Below are positions 25,470-37,588 of a stretch of 64,000 nucleotides of DNA, in pieces. A model generated the notes under the pieces. The model did not search any database. It was not told the origin of the DNA and was given only the letters and a program-made list of their open reading frames with translations. Within the stretch, counting starts at the first letter, position 1; the number at the start of each line of letters is the position of its first letter. The position numbers were made by a program, and so were the translations under genes. Source of the stretch: Felis catus (Eukaryota); contig NC_058376.1 in NCBI RefSeq assembly GCF_018350175.1, forward strand, positions 10,354,001 through 10,418,000, in the 5' to 3' direction.

Positions 25470-26450
25470 TTTTTTATTGTAGTAAAATATACATATTCTA
25501 TTTATCATTTTAACCATTTTTAAGCGTACAATTCAGTGGCATTAATAATTACCTTCATAACATACAACCATCACCACTAACCTTCTCCAGAACTTTTTAT
25601 CATCCCAAACTGACACTGCATCATTTCTTAATGTTTTTTTTTAATTTTTTTAATGTTTATTAATTTTTGAGAGAGACAGAGACAGAATGTGAGTGGGTTA
25701 GGGGCAGAGAGAGAGGGAGACACAGATTCCAAACCAGGCTCCAGGCCCTGAGCTGTCAGCACAGAGCCCGATGCGGGGCTCGAACTCACGAGCCGTGAGA
25801 TCATGACCTGAGTCGAAGTTGGATGCTCAACCGACTGAGCCACCGAGGCGCCCCTTTTTAAATGTTTTTTAATGTTTACTTATTTTTGAAGGAGAGAGAA
25901 ACAGAATGGGTCGGGGAGGGGAAGAGAGAGAGGGAGACATAGAATCTGAAGTAGGATTCTGGCTCTGAGCTGTCAGCACACCGCCTGATGTGGGGCTAGA
26001 ACCCATGAACCGTGAGATCATGACCTGAGCCAAAGTCGGACGCTTAACCGACTCAGCCTCGCAGGCGCCCCCCTTTTTAAAAATTTTTTTCGTGTTTATT
26101 TATTTTTGAAAGAGAGAGACAGACAGAACATGAGTGGGGAAGGGACAGAGAGAGAGGGAGACACAGAATCAGAGCAAAGTGACACCGTATTCTTAAACAG
26201 TGACATCCCATTCCTCTCTCCCTCCAATCCCCGGGAACCTCTTTTTTACCTTCTTTTCTATGAATTTACCTGTTCTAGGTACCTCATATAAGCCCCACAC
26301 GCAACACTTGTCCTACTGGGTCCAAGGTCCGTCCGTGTTGTGATATATATCGAAATTTCACTCCTTTTCGTGACAGAAAAGTATTCCATTGTAAAGACAG
26401 ATCACATTTTGTTCATCCACTCATCTGCTGGGTGTTCTCACATTTTGAAA
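25470..26450 (-). mobile_element. L1MA/MB-type 3' end split by three tandem SINEs
   Basis: TTTTTAAGCGTACAATTCAGTGGCATT...; CTGTTCTAGGTACCTCATATAAG... Confidence 0.75.
25625..26178 (-). mobile_element. Three head-to-tail Can-SINEs (about 25625-25854, 25855-26072, and truncated 26074-26178)
   Basis: Three T tails with (GA)n bodies; two complete heads ending GGCGCCCC. Confidence 0.92.
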
Positions 26451-27002
26451 CCCTATTTAGTATGTGTGATTCTTTTCTTCTCGCTTAGATAAGAAAAATT
26501 GCATTCACCGTAAACAGTACAAGAGTCTCAGATCATCTAAATTACCAACTTGATTGGACGCCCATCACTGCAGTTGGAACCTGTTGGGCTGACTACCTGG
26601 GTGGGTTCATGGGACTCCTTTCTGCCTACAGTGCTTCCACACCCACCCTTAGTCCTTGCTAACTCGGCCTGCACACTGCTGTGCTGGGGGTGCGGTGGGG
26701 GGGGGGGCAAAGGGAGACCGTGGGAGAGATTAGAAGCTCACTTAGCAGCCTTTGTTTTAAGCGATCCTGGCTCTCTCTGACCTCGTGGCTGTTTAACATG
26801 GGTTGTTTCTCTCCTGTGCATTCTCGTGGACTCTCTTATCTGGCTCCTTCTGACGCAACTCCCCACCCAGGGCAGTGTCCCTCTCTAGGACCTTAGCCCC
26901 CAATGCCATCTCAATTCCTGCTCACGATGGTCTACACCATAAGCTCTTTAGGCTGAAATCTCCTTGCTTGGGCAGTCCAACCTTGTGGGCAAAATCTCTT
27001 TT

Positions 27003-27484
27003 ATTATTTTTTTTAATGTTTATTTATTTTGTGTGTGTGTGAGAGAGAGAGAGAGCGTGAGCAAGGGAGGAGCAGAGAGAAAGGGGGAGAGAGAGAATCC
27101 CAAGCAGACTCTGCACTGTCAGCACAGAGCCTGACACGGGACTCCATCTCACGAACCACGAGATCATGACGTGAGCAGAAATTAAGAGTCGGATGCTTAA
27201 CCGACTGAGCCACCCAGGCACCCCCAGAATTCCTTAATTTTAACTCCATTTTTATTTTTTTTAGTTTCTTTATTTATTTTGAGAAAGTGAGAGAGAAAGA
27301 GAGACAGAGAGAGGGACAGAGAGAGCACAAGCAAGGGAGGGGTTGAGAGAGAGAGAATCGAAAGTAGGCTCCACACTGCCAGTGCGGAACCCAACTAGGG
27401 GCTCGATCCTATGAATCGTGAGATCATGACCTGAGCTGAGATCAAGAGCCCCTTACTTAATTGACTGAGCCACCCAGGAACCCC
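27003..27484 (-). mobile_element. Two tandem Can-SINEs (about 27003-27224 and 27247-27484)
   Basis: Each ends CTGAGCCACCCAGG(C/A)ACCCC. Confidence 0.92.
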
Positions 27485-27513
27485 CAGAATCTCTTTTAAG
27501 ATAGAGCCAAGCC

Positions 27514-27975
27514 GGGGCACCTGGGTGGCGCAGTCGGTTGAGGGTCCGACTCTTGGTTTCGGCTCAGGTCATGATCTCACAGTTCATGAGTTCCAGCCCC
27601 ACATAGGGCTTTGCACTGATGGTGTGGAGCCTGCTTCGGATTCTGTCTCTCCTTCTCTCTGCCCCTCCCCCACTTGTGCGTGCGCTCTCTCTCTCTCTCT
27701 CTCTCAAATAAATAAATAAACTTAAAAAAATATTTTTAGGGGAGCCTGGGTGGCGCAGTCGGTTAAGCGTCTGACTTCAGCCAGGTCACGATCTCGCGGT
27801 CCGTGAGTTCAAGCCCCGCATCAGGCTCTGGGCTGATGGCTCGGAGCCTGGAGCCTGTTTCCGATTCTGTGTCTCCCTCTCTCTCTGCCCCTCCCCCGTT
27901 CATGCTCTGTCTCTCTCTGTCCCCCAAAAAATAAATAAACGTTGAAAAAAATTAAAAAAAAAAAAGAAAAAAAAT
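27514..27975 (+). mobile_element. Older Can-SINE (27514-27723) with a younger SINEC_Fc (27739-27975) in its tail
   Basis: TSD AAAAAAATATTTTTAG at 27724-39 and 27968-83. Confidence 0.93.
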
Positions 27976-28921
27976 ATTTTTAGAATAGCGTCAAGCCAAC
28001 ATCTTACTTGGGGTTCCATATTTGAGGCACCTTGGAAGGGTTGCTGGAGATTCCTACTACAGCTCCTCTCCTGCCTTACAAGAGACCACTCACAGTCACA
28101 GGGGTGAGTCAGGGCCCAGACTGAGTCACACATGCTCTTTGTCCCTCTCTCCAGGTTTGACAAGAGTGGCAGACTTGGTTACTCGGATGGGGGAGAGAAG
28201 TCGAGAAGCCACACTTGAAGCCCTCTCTCCTAAGACCCTCCTCTCCATTGTCCTCTCTTGACCCTTTATGGCTCCACTGAGGATCAGGGCCCTTGAACAT
28301 CTCTTTGGAAGTTTCCCCATGGTCCTGTCTTCACACTCACTCTGATCTGGAATATCTGTTATCTCTCAGTAGCACGGGCAGCCCCTTCAGCAACCCAGCA
28401 AGCCTCGATACCCGTGGCTGCCGTGGAGGGTGGCTGTCCCTCTCTTTGGTCACCTCCTTTTGCCCCACGTCAGCCCGTCTCAAACATACCCTCGAGATCT
28501 AGCTGTGTCGTGCACTGTGACAACAAGAAATACTCCAATCTTCCTTTTGGAGATGTAGTTTCTCCCCGTTCTATCACAGTGGCCTGCTCTATCAATGTTT
28601 TCTGAATTGAATCGAGACGGGAAAGGTCACATAACCAACTTAGATCCATTCAGACAAACACGCACACGCAATGATTCATTCCATATTAAGTCCCTATTCA
28701 AGCAAAGCGGAGCTGCTCGTCTGCAACCCAGCACAACTGGATGTCACTCTTCTGTTTAGTCTGAGGAGCGTCATGAAGGAACAGATCTCAAGTGGCTCTT
28801 TCTTGTCAAATCTGTTGACTTTCCCATAGTCTTTGTTTTTCTCGTCTCTCTTTTCAACATCTAACCCTGTTTTTCTCTCATCCCTTGAGATGTCGTCCCT
28901 TGGCTTGTACCATACTCCTGT

Positions 28922-29149
28922 TTTCTTTTTCTTTTTTTAATGTTTATTTATTTATTTTGAGAAAGACAGAGAGAGCCTGAGCAGGGGAGTGGGCAGAGAG
29001 AGAGACAGAGAGACAGAGACAGAGGATCCTAAGCAGGCTCAGTGCTGTCAACCCAGAGCCCCATGTGGGGCTCGAACTCACGAACTGTGAAATCACACCC
29101 GAGCTGAAATCAAGAGCTGGACCCTTAACCGACTAAGGCACCCAGGCAT
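28922..29149 (-). mobile_element. Can-SINE
   Basis: T tail, (GA) body, GGCACCCAGGCA end. Confidence 0.88.
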
Positions 29150-29359
29150 TCAAGCTTCCTTTTTCTTTCTCCCATTCCCCTGGCCACCCTTCCCCCCTGG
29201 CTGCTGTCTCTTCCTGCCCCCTTCTAAGAATTCTCATCTTGAGCTTCTGACTTTCTTTCACATTGGAACTACCAGATCCTGCCTCTTTGCCTCAGCCTGA
29301 AGCTCAATGCTGGTGCCTTCTTCGCCTTTACCTCTTCCTCGTCAAAGACCACCACCATG

Positions 29360-29620
29360 GCAATGCGATGCCACAAACCACCACAAAATGCTACGGCTTC
29401 AAACAACACCATTGATCACCACTCACACTTCGTGGGGAGGCCGGGCAGCTCTGGTCACGGCTGGGTTCGGCTGGTTGGTTCTTCTGGGTTAGGCTGGTGC
29501 TCACCCGAGTGTCCAATGGCCAGCTGGCAACTGCTGATCCAGGATGGCCCCAACTGGGACCACTGGCTCTCTTCCAGTACACCAACAGGGGAGCATTCAA
29601 GGGACCAAGCACCTTGCCAA
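29360..29620 (-). mobile_element. MLT1-type LTR fragment
   Basis: CAAACCACCACAAAATGCTACGGCTTCAAACAACACC antisense MLT1 terminus. Confidence 0.55.
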
Positions 29621-31354
29621 GCCTCTCCTTCCAGCAAGTTTGTTCCTGCTCCACTGGTTAGAGCGAGTTCTGAGACCGAGCTCGGGGTCAGGGGGGCGGG
29701 GACCACAGCTACAGGGTAAAGGGAGGAGTGAAAACCTAAGGAAGCTAATGTCGTAAGCCCGTTACCTTCCGAGTGCCCCTCCCCACCCCCCACCCCCGTC
29801 CCTGCCCCCCACCTTGTCAGAGTGCTCGTCACCCCATAGCTGAAATATGGCAGCCGGGCCGGGCTTCTCGCCAGCACCCAAGCAGACAGAGCTTATTTCT
29901 GGTTTGCCCTTGGCCTCAGAGCTCTGCCCATCTCTGCTGCTCTCCCTGTCCTTTTATCCATCCAAAATGTACGTGTCTAGTGCCAACAAAACAGAACGTG
30001 TGGATCTGCCAGTGCCCAGCTCAGGACCCCACTATTCTGTGGCCACAGGCTTTGCAGCCACGTGCTTTCTTCCTGACCCTCTGCCCAGCCATGGTCTCTG
30101 TTCAGTTTTGTGAGCCATGCCCAGGGCCGGGACTAGGGTCAAGCAAGGGAGGCCCGTAGGGTGCCGCCTTTAAGGCAGCGCTCACTCATGGGGTCGCCCA
30201 CGTTCAGGGTCATCACCGACAGTCAGCGCTTCCCTAAACTGTGAATCCTGGGAGCCTCACTCACTTCTCCCCCCCGTCCCCACGCTGGTCATACGGGTCA
30301 TTCTGATACAACTTTTCATTTTTTATGTGAATGGTTCATACGATCGTAACCTTCTTCTGAGCAGGACCAGGTCTGCCTAGCCCAAGATTAGGGAATAAAT
30401 ATACTCAGGGAGGTAACCTAATACTCAAATACTCAGTGGAGTCACTAGTTGTGGAGAAAGTGAGGTGTTCCTGATATTTAGTAAAGCCTAGAAGGAAAAG
30501 TTGAAAGACACAAAAAATGTAGGGACAAAGGATGGATTGACTGATTCTGCCAAGGCACGCGAATCCACGCCTTGATAACAGAAGAATTCAAGGAACGAGG
30601 AAAGCTCCGCTGTGAGGTAGAGTGACCTTGAGACGCTCGCTGGACACCGGGTGTAGAGAAGGAGAAAACGCAGGAGCCCAACTGGGGAGCGGCCGAAACG
30701 CAGACACAGATTCCCGTAGCTGGGGAGGGTGCAAGAAGACGGCTCCTAGGCCTGGGTTGCGGAGTGAAGTTAGAGCTGAGTGCATTCATACATACATGAA
30801 TGGCTATGACCATCACCAAGGAAGGGGAGAGAAGAGAAAGGAGGCCGCTGGTTATGGGAATGTGGTGATTCCAAAAGGAGGAGGAATTGACAAGGGACAC
30901 GGATCCAAAGGGAAATGGTGGATTCCTGTTTAAAGGCAAAGGCATGGAAGGAAGAAGTTAAAGGTCACTTACAAAATCGGGTGGAGTTGTATGTTTCCTG
31001 AACATCTTTTCATAGACCAGGAACCTCACAGAGAGAGACCTAAGAGACAATTTCCTCCAGGAGCTCAGAATTCCTTTTGGAAGAGTCCCGGACGGTTTGG
31101 CTACAATTTCAGGCCTGTTGACATTCACGGCATTGATTTTCTGAAACCCTCAACATCTGCTGAACAACCACTGTGCATTTGAGGCGGCCCCCGAGTCCCA
31201 GTTCACAGCGTGTGGCCCACGGGGCCAGAAACTCAGGTCCTTGAGTCTCCGTTTTCCATACAAATCTAAGAATCGTAAATGAGTGATGGGAAAATGTAAA
31301 AGGCCCAGGGAAACAAACTGAAGACGAATACTGTCATCACAATCAAAAGCCACC

Positions 31355-32010
31355 AAAATATACATATAATATGGTGGAATATTACTCAGCCATCAAAAAG
31401 AATGAAGTCTTGCCATATGCAGTGGCACGGATAGAGCTAGAATGTATTATGTCAAGCAAAACAAACCCAAGAAAGAGAAATACCATATGCTTTCACTCAT
31501 TTGTGGAATTTAAGAAACAAAACAGATGAACATATGGGAAAGGGGTAGAGGGAAAGACAAAGGAGAGCGATAAACCACGAGAGACGCTTTTTTTATTATT
31601 CTTAACTTTTTAAACTTTTTTTAATGTTTATTTTTGAGAGCGAGAGCATGTGCTTGAGTGGGGGAGGGGCAGCGAAAGGGAGACACCCAGAATCCCAAGC
31701 AGGCTCCAGGCTCTGAGCTGTCAGCAGGGAGCCCGACGCGGGGCTCGAACTCACAGACTGCGAGTTCATGACCTGAGCCAAGGTCGGCCGCTTCACCGAC
31801 TGAGCCACCCAGGCGCCCCCGCCAGAGACTCTTAATAATTGAGAACAAACTGAGGGGTGCCGAAGGGAGGTGAGTGGGGGATGGGCTAGATGATGACGAG
31901 TACTAAGGAAGGCACTTGTTGGGATGTGTTCTATGCAAGTGATGAATCACTGAATTCTACTCCTGAAACCAATATCGCATTGTATGTTGTCTACCTAAAA
32001 TTTAAGTTAA
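31355..32010 (+). mobile_element. Carnivore L1 3' end with a SINE inserted
   Basis: GGAATATTACTCAGCCATCAAAAAGAATGAA...GATGAATCACTGAATTCTACTCCTGAAACC. Confidence 0.88.
31589..31819 (-). mobile_element. Can-SINE
   Basis: TSD-like AGAGAC(G/T)CTT. Confidence 0.93.
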
Positions 32011-33974
32011 AACAAATGTTCTTACCCTGGAAAAACTACCATCTCAGATATAAGTCCTGCGTGGGAAATAAACAGGATCGGCAAGTGAACGCATGTGTAC
32101 GTGTGTCACGAATTACACTTCCAGTCCCCGTGAGGATATGACACGACCGGCCCCAGAGGCTGAGGGACTGTGTTCTGATAGCCGTTGTGCGGTTGCGGTG
32201 GTGTGGCGCGTGGCGATATCCTGGTTTCTTCTCCCTGCTTTGAATAAACTGAAAACCTGAGAACGTGAAATTGGAACTAGAACGCAGGCAGGATCTTCCT
32301 TCCCGCTCTTCACCCAGAAATCCAGCCAGCTGCCGAACTGGCAAAGGCGAGCAAGGGAATCGAAACAGGAGGGAATTAAAATGCACACCGCCCAATTTTA
32401 AGCGCGGTATTTTGTTTTCTCGGTACATTTTTTTTTAATTTTGACATTTTGAGGTTCAGTAAGAATTTGCAGCCTGCATCGGTAGCACTGAATAATATTC
32501 TTCCCAAAGAACATTGAATTCAAAACTTAAGCGATGAACACTGGGGATTTCTCCAGTATCGACTGCCGAGGCTGTTTTTCACTTGCTCTTATCCAGACCT
32601 CTAATTTAGGGACCTGATGCCATATGTTTGTGATACCTGGTGAGTCCTAGTGTTAAAATTCACATGCTACAGGTTCCCATATTGAAGGATCAACCACAAG
32701 TCTCTTTTCAATTCCATTCAACAGCGCTTTGCATAGTCCAAAAAGTACTGATTCTCACAGCACCCCCGTGAAAAGGGCACTATTATGCGTCCGTTGGTAA
32801 GGAATCTTGTGGAAGTTTGTTAATTTGCCTACTACCAGGAAAATGGGTAGCAATTACAATAAAAGTCCAAAGTTCCTAAAGCCAGCTGCTTTGATCACAC
32901 TGGGGACGCTCATTATTTGCCACCTAAGCTGAATTATTGAATTTTACACTATCTAACCACCGTAAATTCCGGCTTCTCCAACGCAGAGTAATTTTAGTTG
33001 CTTCATTTCCTTTAGCTTTCCCTGCCTGGATCTCATGCTAAAATTAGCCTCAAGGTTGGAGGAACTGGATGGAAAGTTCAGTACCAACTCGGAATGTTTT
33101 CCATCGTTTGACCAAACTTCGAATGCTAAACATTTCTAACATTCAAAGAGGGTTTGTTTAAGTTTTCCAGTTTTACCCTCCTGGTGACAAATGGCACCAG
33201 AAGCTGGAGAGCCAACATTCTGGAAAGAGAAACTATTCCAAACAAGATTCCTGGCCCAGGGCAGGCCTGAAAGGATCCAGATGCATTGGAAAGAGGTAGC
33301 CAACCTCCTGGACCCCTGCGTAAACGGGTCCTCTGGACTCTGGTTTGGCCGAGCCAGGTGGTGACGGTGTAAGGCCGGGTCCCTTGTTTTGGAACAAAGC
33401 ATAGGATATGACATCTGCAAGGCCAAGGCTGGCGAGCAGAGGCAGGTATCCCACGGGGAGGACGGCTCACGGCAGGACACCGGCGGCCACCTGCAATGTT
33501 ACCACATGAACACGTGGTGTGCGTCTGGAAGAACTCACAGGATTGATGTGTTTCCAAAATGCAAACTAGGTAAAAACTGAGAGTCTGATGCCCCTGGAGG
33601 AAAAGAAGCCTTCTGTTTATATACATGTGGTCACCAGCTTGGGAGACGGAGCACACGGGAGCCTCCCCACCTTGTGTGTCAAACCTCAAACTGTAAACTT
33701 GACCCAAACCCAGCACGCGCGAGGAGAGCCTGAGTGACCATCCAAGAAAGCTCTATCTCGGAGGACAGGAGCCGCACCTCTTGCGGGTTTCTGCTGTCTA
33801 GAAACATCCGGAGTTTAAAAACTTGTGCCAAGGCAACAAGGTAGAAAAGGTCGACTTTTCAGAAAGCTCTAAGGAAAACGGAGATCACAAAGACTGTAGG
33901 AAATCATCATAGCGTATCCTTTACCAAATCCCTACCTATGCAAGGGCTTTCTCGGAGCCACGCCTCTCCAGCTT

Positions 33975-34125
33975 TGATGTGTGCGGATTTCACCTGGAGA
34001 GCTGCAAACCTGCAGACTCTAAAAACGTAGGTCTGGGACAGAGCCCAAGATTCTGATCCCTCGCAAGTTCCGGGGTGATGTCACTGCTGCTGACCCACAG
34101 GCCACCTTTCGAGTAGTGAAGCAGT
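33975..34125. mobile_element. MER5A-like fossil
   Basis: TCACCTGGAGAGC...GTAGGTCTGGGACAGAGCCCAAGATTCTG... Confidence 0.6.
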
Positions 34126-35077
34126 TGAAACTCTTAGATTTCAAACAATGGTCATTAAACAGCCTTTCATGTCATTAGACAGCTTTCATTGGATGGGTTG
34201 ACAGGATTCATTGATGGGTTTCAATGCCTGCCTGTTTTCTTTTTTTTTTTAAGTCCCATTTCTCCACACAGCAATGTATCTCCATCCAGGGAAGGTAAGG
34301 GTGTGAATACTGAAACTCTTATCTGGCTGTACAGTAAAGTCTGGTGGGGGCTTCCGTTCGAATTCTACTTTTACTGGGAAGAATGAGAGACTCGTGCGTC
34401 AGATGGCCATGCCCCACCGTGGACGCCGTCGTGAGGGGCCTGGCAAGATCTGCAACAACAGGGCCTCCAGCTTATTCTGAACTTCTGGGTTTGCCAAGGG
34501 CAGGTTTGGGTTGGGTTGCACACAGAAGTTTATACGTTAATTACAGGGTTATGCAACCATGCATCTTTCCACCTTTGGTGGTATTTTTATGGAACCATTA
34601 AAAATGACACCTGAGCATATTCCTCCCCCCCACAGTGGCATGTAGAAGCCGTAGCCAATTTGAGTGAGGATGAAAACTGCCATCCAATTACTTGGCAAAG
34701 CCACAGTCGGTTGTAGCCGCTTGGGTACAATTCCCAAGCGAGCAGCCCAAGGTCTGAGTCACTCGCAGGAAGTAGGTCACAGGGTGTGGGTTAATGCACA
34801 AACTTAAAGAATCCTCCACAGTTCTCGCAAAGATAGGCTTGAGTATTCCTCCAGGGGGCTCACTGATGACATATGTGTCTTTTCGTCTTGGGCTCCCGGG
34901 GAAGTGGTAAGGCCAAGTTCATCAGCGGCTGGCTGGGTCCTCACTTATTGTCAGGACTGGGAGGAGGCCCAGAAAAACTCTGACTGTTGCCTCACCAAGC
35001 TCTGAGGTCCTGCTGCGGCCGTTATGGTAGATAACCCGGAGGGAGGCAACGCCAGCAGCCCGGCGCACTGGCCTTCA

Positions 35078-35097
35078 ACTCTGCCCCCTGGTGCCCC
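35078..35097 (-). promoter_or_regulatory. Candidate CTCF site about 2.5 kb upstream of the P1 ATG
   Basis: Minus strand GGGGCACCAGGGGGCAGAG; 13/14 match to the core CCASYAGRKGGCRS. Confidence 0.55.
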
Positions 35098-37019
35098 GTT
35101 GAAACTCCGGCCCCGGCGATTACAGATGATCGCAGCGTTAAGGTGAGGCCTCAGCAAACACAAACCCCAGCCTGACAAGTCCTCTTTAACCTCGACCTGT
35201 TCTAGGAAGACTCTGCTGGGCAGGATACATGTTTGGCTCTAGCGAGGCGCGCAGAGAAAAGCCAAGAATGCGGGCAGTTAGCTGACCCATCCAGGGCCGC
35301 CTCCCTTCAAGCATCTGGACACCTAAGGCTGAAAGCATCTGGGGAGTTTCTAGAATGAAGTATCAGAATTTATCTGCGTCGCCACTTGAATTGCTAAGTC
35401 ATTAATAAGTCTGAGCCAGCTCGGAAGTGACAGCTGCGTGTTTCGGCCTTCAGCTCTTACGACCCTTCCAGGGAATATTACATACAGAAGAGAGAAAAGA
35501 GCCTGATGTGGGCTCACACCCACACGTAGGTTTAGCAGCGAACACAGGAACACGGTCTTAATTACCTTCGCAAGGGATTTGCATTGAGCAGCAACAGGAA
35601 ACGTGCATCGGGCGTGGATATTAATAAACATCATAAAAGAAATACCTACCTTATTATTCTTTTAAATATTAATAAGGTGTCAACCTTCGGGAAGCTAACT
35701 TCACACAAGTGTGGGAGAAAGCAGTCTCTTGAGTTTCAATTCCTGCACTAGTCAAAACAGGAGTAAGTAAAAATCATGTCCCTTCCTTTAAAGAGACCTG
35801 CGCCATTTGCCCGCGAGCACATGATCACGGTGGGTAGGAGCAAAACTGAGCAGATGAGGAAAACACCGAGGGGTTGTTCGGGTTCTACGGGCTTCCTGAA
35901 GCCCCTTCGCTGCTTGTGCCAGTGCAGCTTGGAATCCAGGGTTGGCATCTCGGACCCGTCATCTCGACCGCTCTTGACCATGTGAGTCGAAACGTGGTGT
36001 GTACAGGGTGCCGTGAAGGCTTGTACGCGGAGCAGAGCGAAGCTAATAGAAAGAAATTAGGGGAAGAGAGTCTCCCTTTACCTTGGAACTTCAAGAAACA
36101 CGGCGTTTTATTTGTCAGCACTTAAAGGCAACGAGCCCACGTGCAAAAGTACCCTGTGTGTAGCACATTCCACGCAGGTTGACTTCTTCCCGGGCTGGAG
36201 GGTGAGCGCTACGATCTGCTTCGCTCAGTCCCCATGAGAAGGGGCTTGCTGGGGAGTGTAGTTCCCGTCGGGCTGACCTGCGTTTTGCCTCCAGGTCTGA
36301 GTTAGCCTATCGATGCCAACAGAACCAGAGAAAGGCAATGCAGTGAACTTCCACAGGTGAAAACGAAAAACAAACGGTTGCAGGTTAGCCTTCCGCTTGG
36401 GCTCAAAGTGCAGGGTCTCTCCTTTCTTGGTTTTCTGGTAGATTCCTAATTTGAGTGTGTGTGTCGGAGAGAACCCTGATTTCACCTCTGTACCGAAAAG
36501 CTGTTCGTTTAGGAGGAGTAAAACCACATAATTTTGCTTTTATTGAAACGACCTGTTGGTCACAAAACTCAAATGCTTCCCTCCCCCCCCCCCCCCACTT
36601 TTTTTCGATTTTTTTTTTTAAGCTTTACAATACCAGCAAGTAGCTAGACCCTTTCAAGGGATTAAGCTCTCCGCACAACATTTCCTTTCATTTTGTTTTT
36701 CCTTTCGTAGTTTCACTTACGCTGCCCTGGTCTTTACCAAGTGCTGGATTGTCCTGAGCTGATGCCCAGCGTCTTAAGTGATGGGCTCCACATCCTGCCT
36801 GAGCCTGATGCCAAGGTTGAACTACTATTGAATAAGCGGCAATGAAACTGTTATCAAAATAATGAGTGGCTCCCAAAACCACAAGTAACAACAGCAAGAC
36901 CCAAGTTGTCCTCCATCAGCAAAGACCATTGATATAATAAGAGACTGAGTCACTTTTCTCTACGGTCCCTCTCTTGCAGACTCTACTCGGCTCTTTTCTT
37001 GAACAGCCTCGGGGAAGGC

Positions 37020-37249
37020 NNNNNNNNNNNNNNNNNNNNNNNNNNNNNNNNNNNNNNNNNNNNNNNNNNNNNNNNNNNNNNNNNNNNNNNNNNNNNNNNN
37101 NNNNNNNNNNNNNNNNNNNNNNNNNNNNNNNNNNNNNNNNNNNNNNNNNNNNNNNNNNNNNNNNNNNNNNNNNNNNNNNNNNNNNNNNNNNNNNNNNNNN
37201 NNNNNNNNNNNNNNNNNNNNNNNNNNNNNNNNNNNNNNNNNNNNNNNNN
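37020..37249. other. Assembly gap (230 N) over the P1 core promoter/TSS
   Basis: N run. Confidence 1.
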
Positions 37250-37331
37250 GTCTCAGAAGTCTGCGCCCGGCATAGTGGTCAGCAAGCAGGACGAATCACA
37301 CTGACGGCAAACCACAGGGTTTCACAGAGTG
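37250..37331 (+). other. RUNX1: Visible 3' part of RUNX1 P1 non-coding exon 1 (5' part and TSS lie in the N gap)
   Basis: CATAGTGGTCAGCAAGCAGGACGAATCACACTG...AAACCACAGGGTTTC closely resembles the human RUNX1c 5'UTR as I recall it. Donor GTG|GTGAAC at 37332. Confidence 0.88.
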
Positions 37332-37588
37332 GTGAACATCACCAACCCACAGCCAAGACGCCGCTTTTTTTTTTTTTCGAATCTTGAACAATTTGAATAT
37401 TTTGTTTTCGCCAAGGTACATGTTTCGCAGGGCTCAGGGAGCCCCAGAGGTATGGGGAGGAAAAACCAAACAACAACAACAAAAAAAAACAAAAAAAGAA
37501 AGAAAGAAAGGCAGGGAGCCACGGTCGGGGGGGGGGGGGGGGGGGGTGAGGTTAAGACAGTGACCTTTCTTTGGTTTTCCCTCCAAAG
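37332..37588 (+). other. RUNX1: 257-nt intron within the P1 5'UTR
   Basis: GT at 37332 and a polypyrimidine tract CTTTCTTTGGTTTTCCCTCCAAAG ending with AG at 37587-88. The spliced junction GTG|GTGAAAGAAATC matches the remembered mRNA. Confidence 0.85.

Larger units (their letters stand above)
36500..37331 (+). promoter_or_regulatory. RUNX1: RUNX1 P1 (distal) promoter region
   Basis: Immediately 5' of exon 1. RUNX sites AACCACA at 36522, 36877 and 37310; GATA TTATCA at 36851; AP-1 TGAGTCA at 36946. The core is hidden by the gap 37020-37249. Confidence 0.85.

Noticed and set aside
29351-29719. ACCACCATGG Kozak context with a 120-aa ORF
   Set aside because: Lies in an antisense MLT1 fragment; no splice or homology support.
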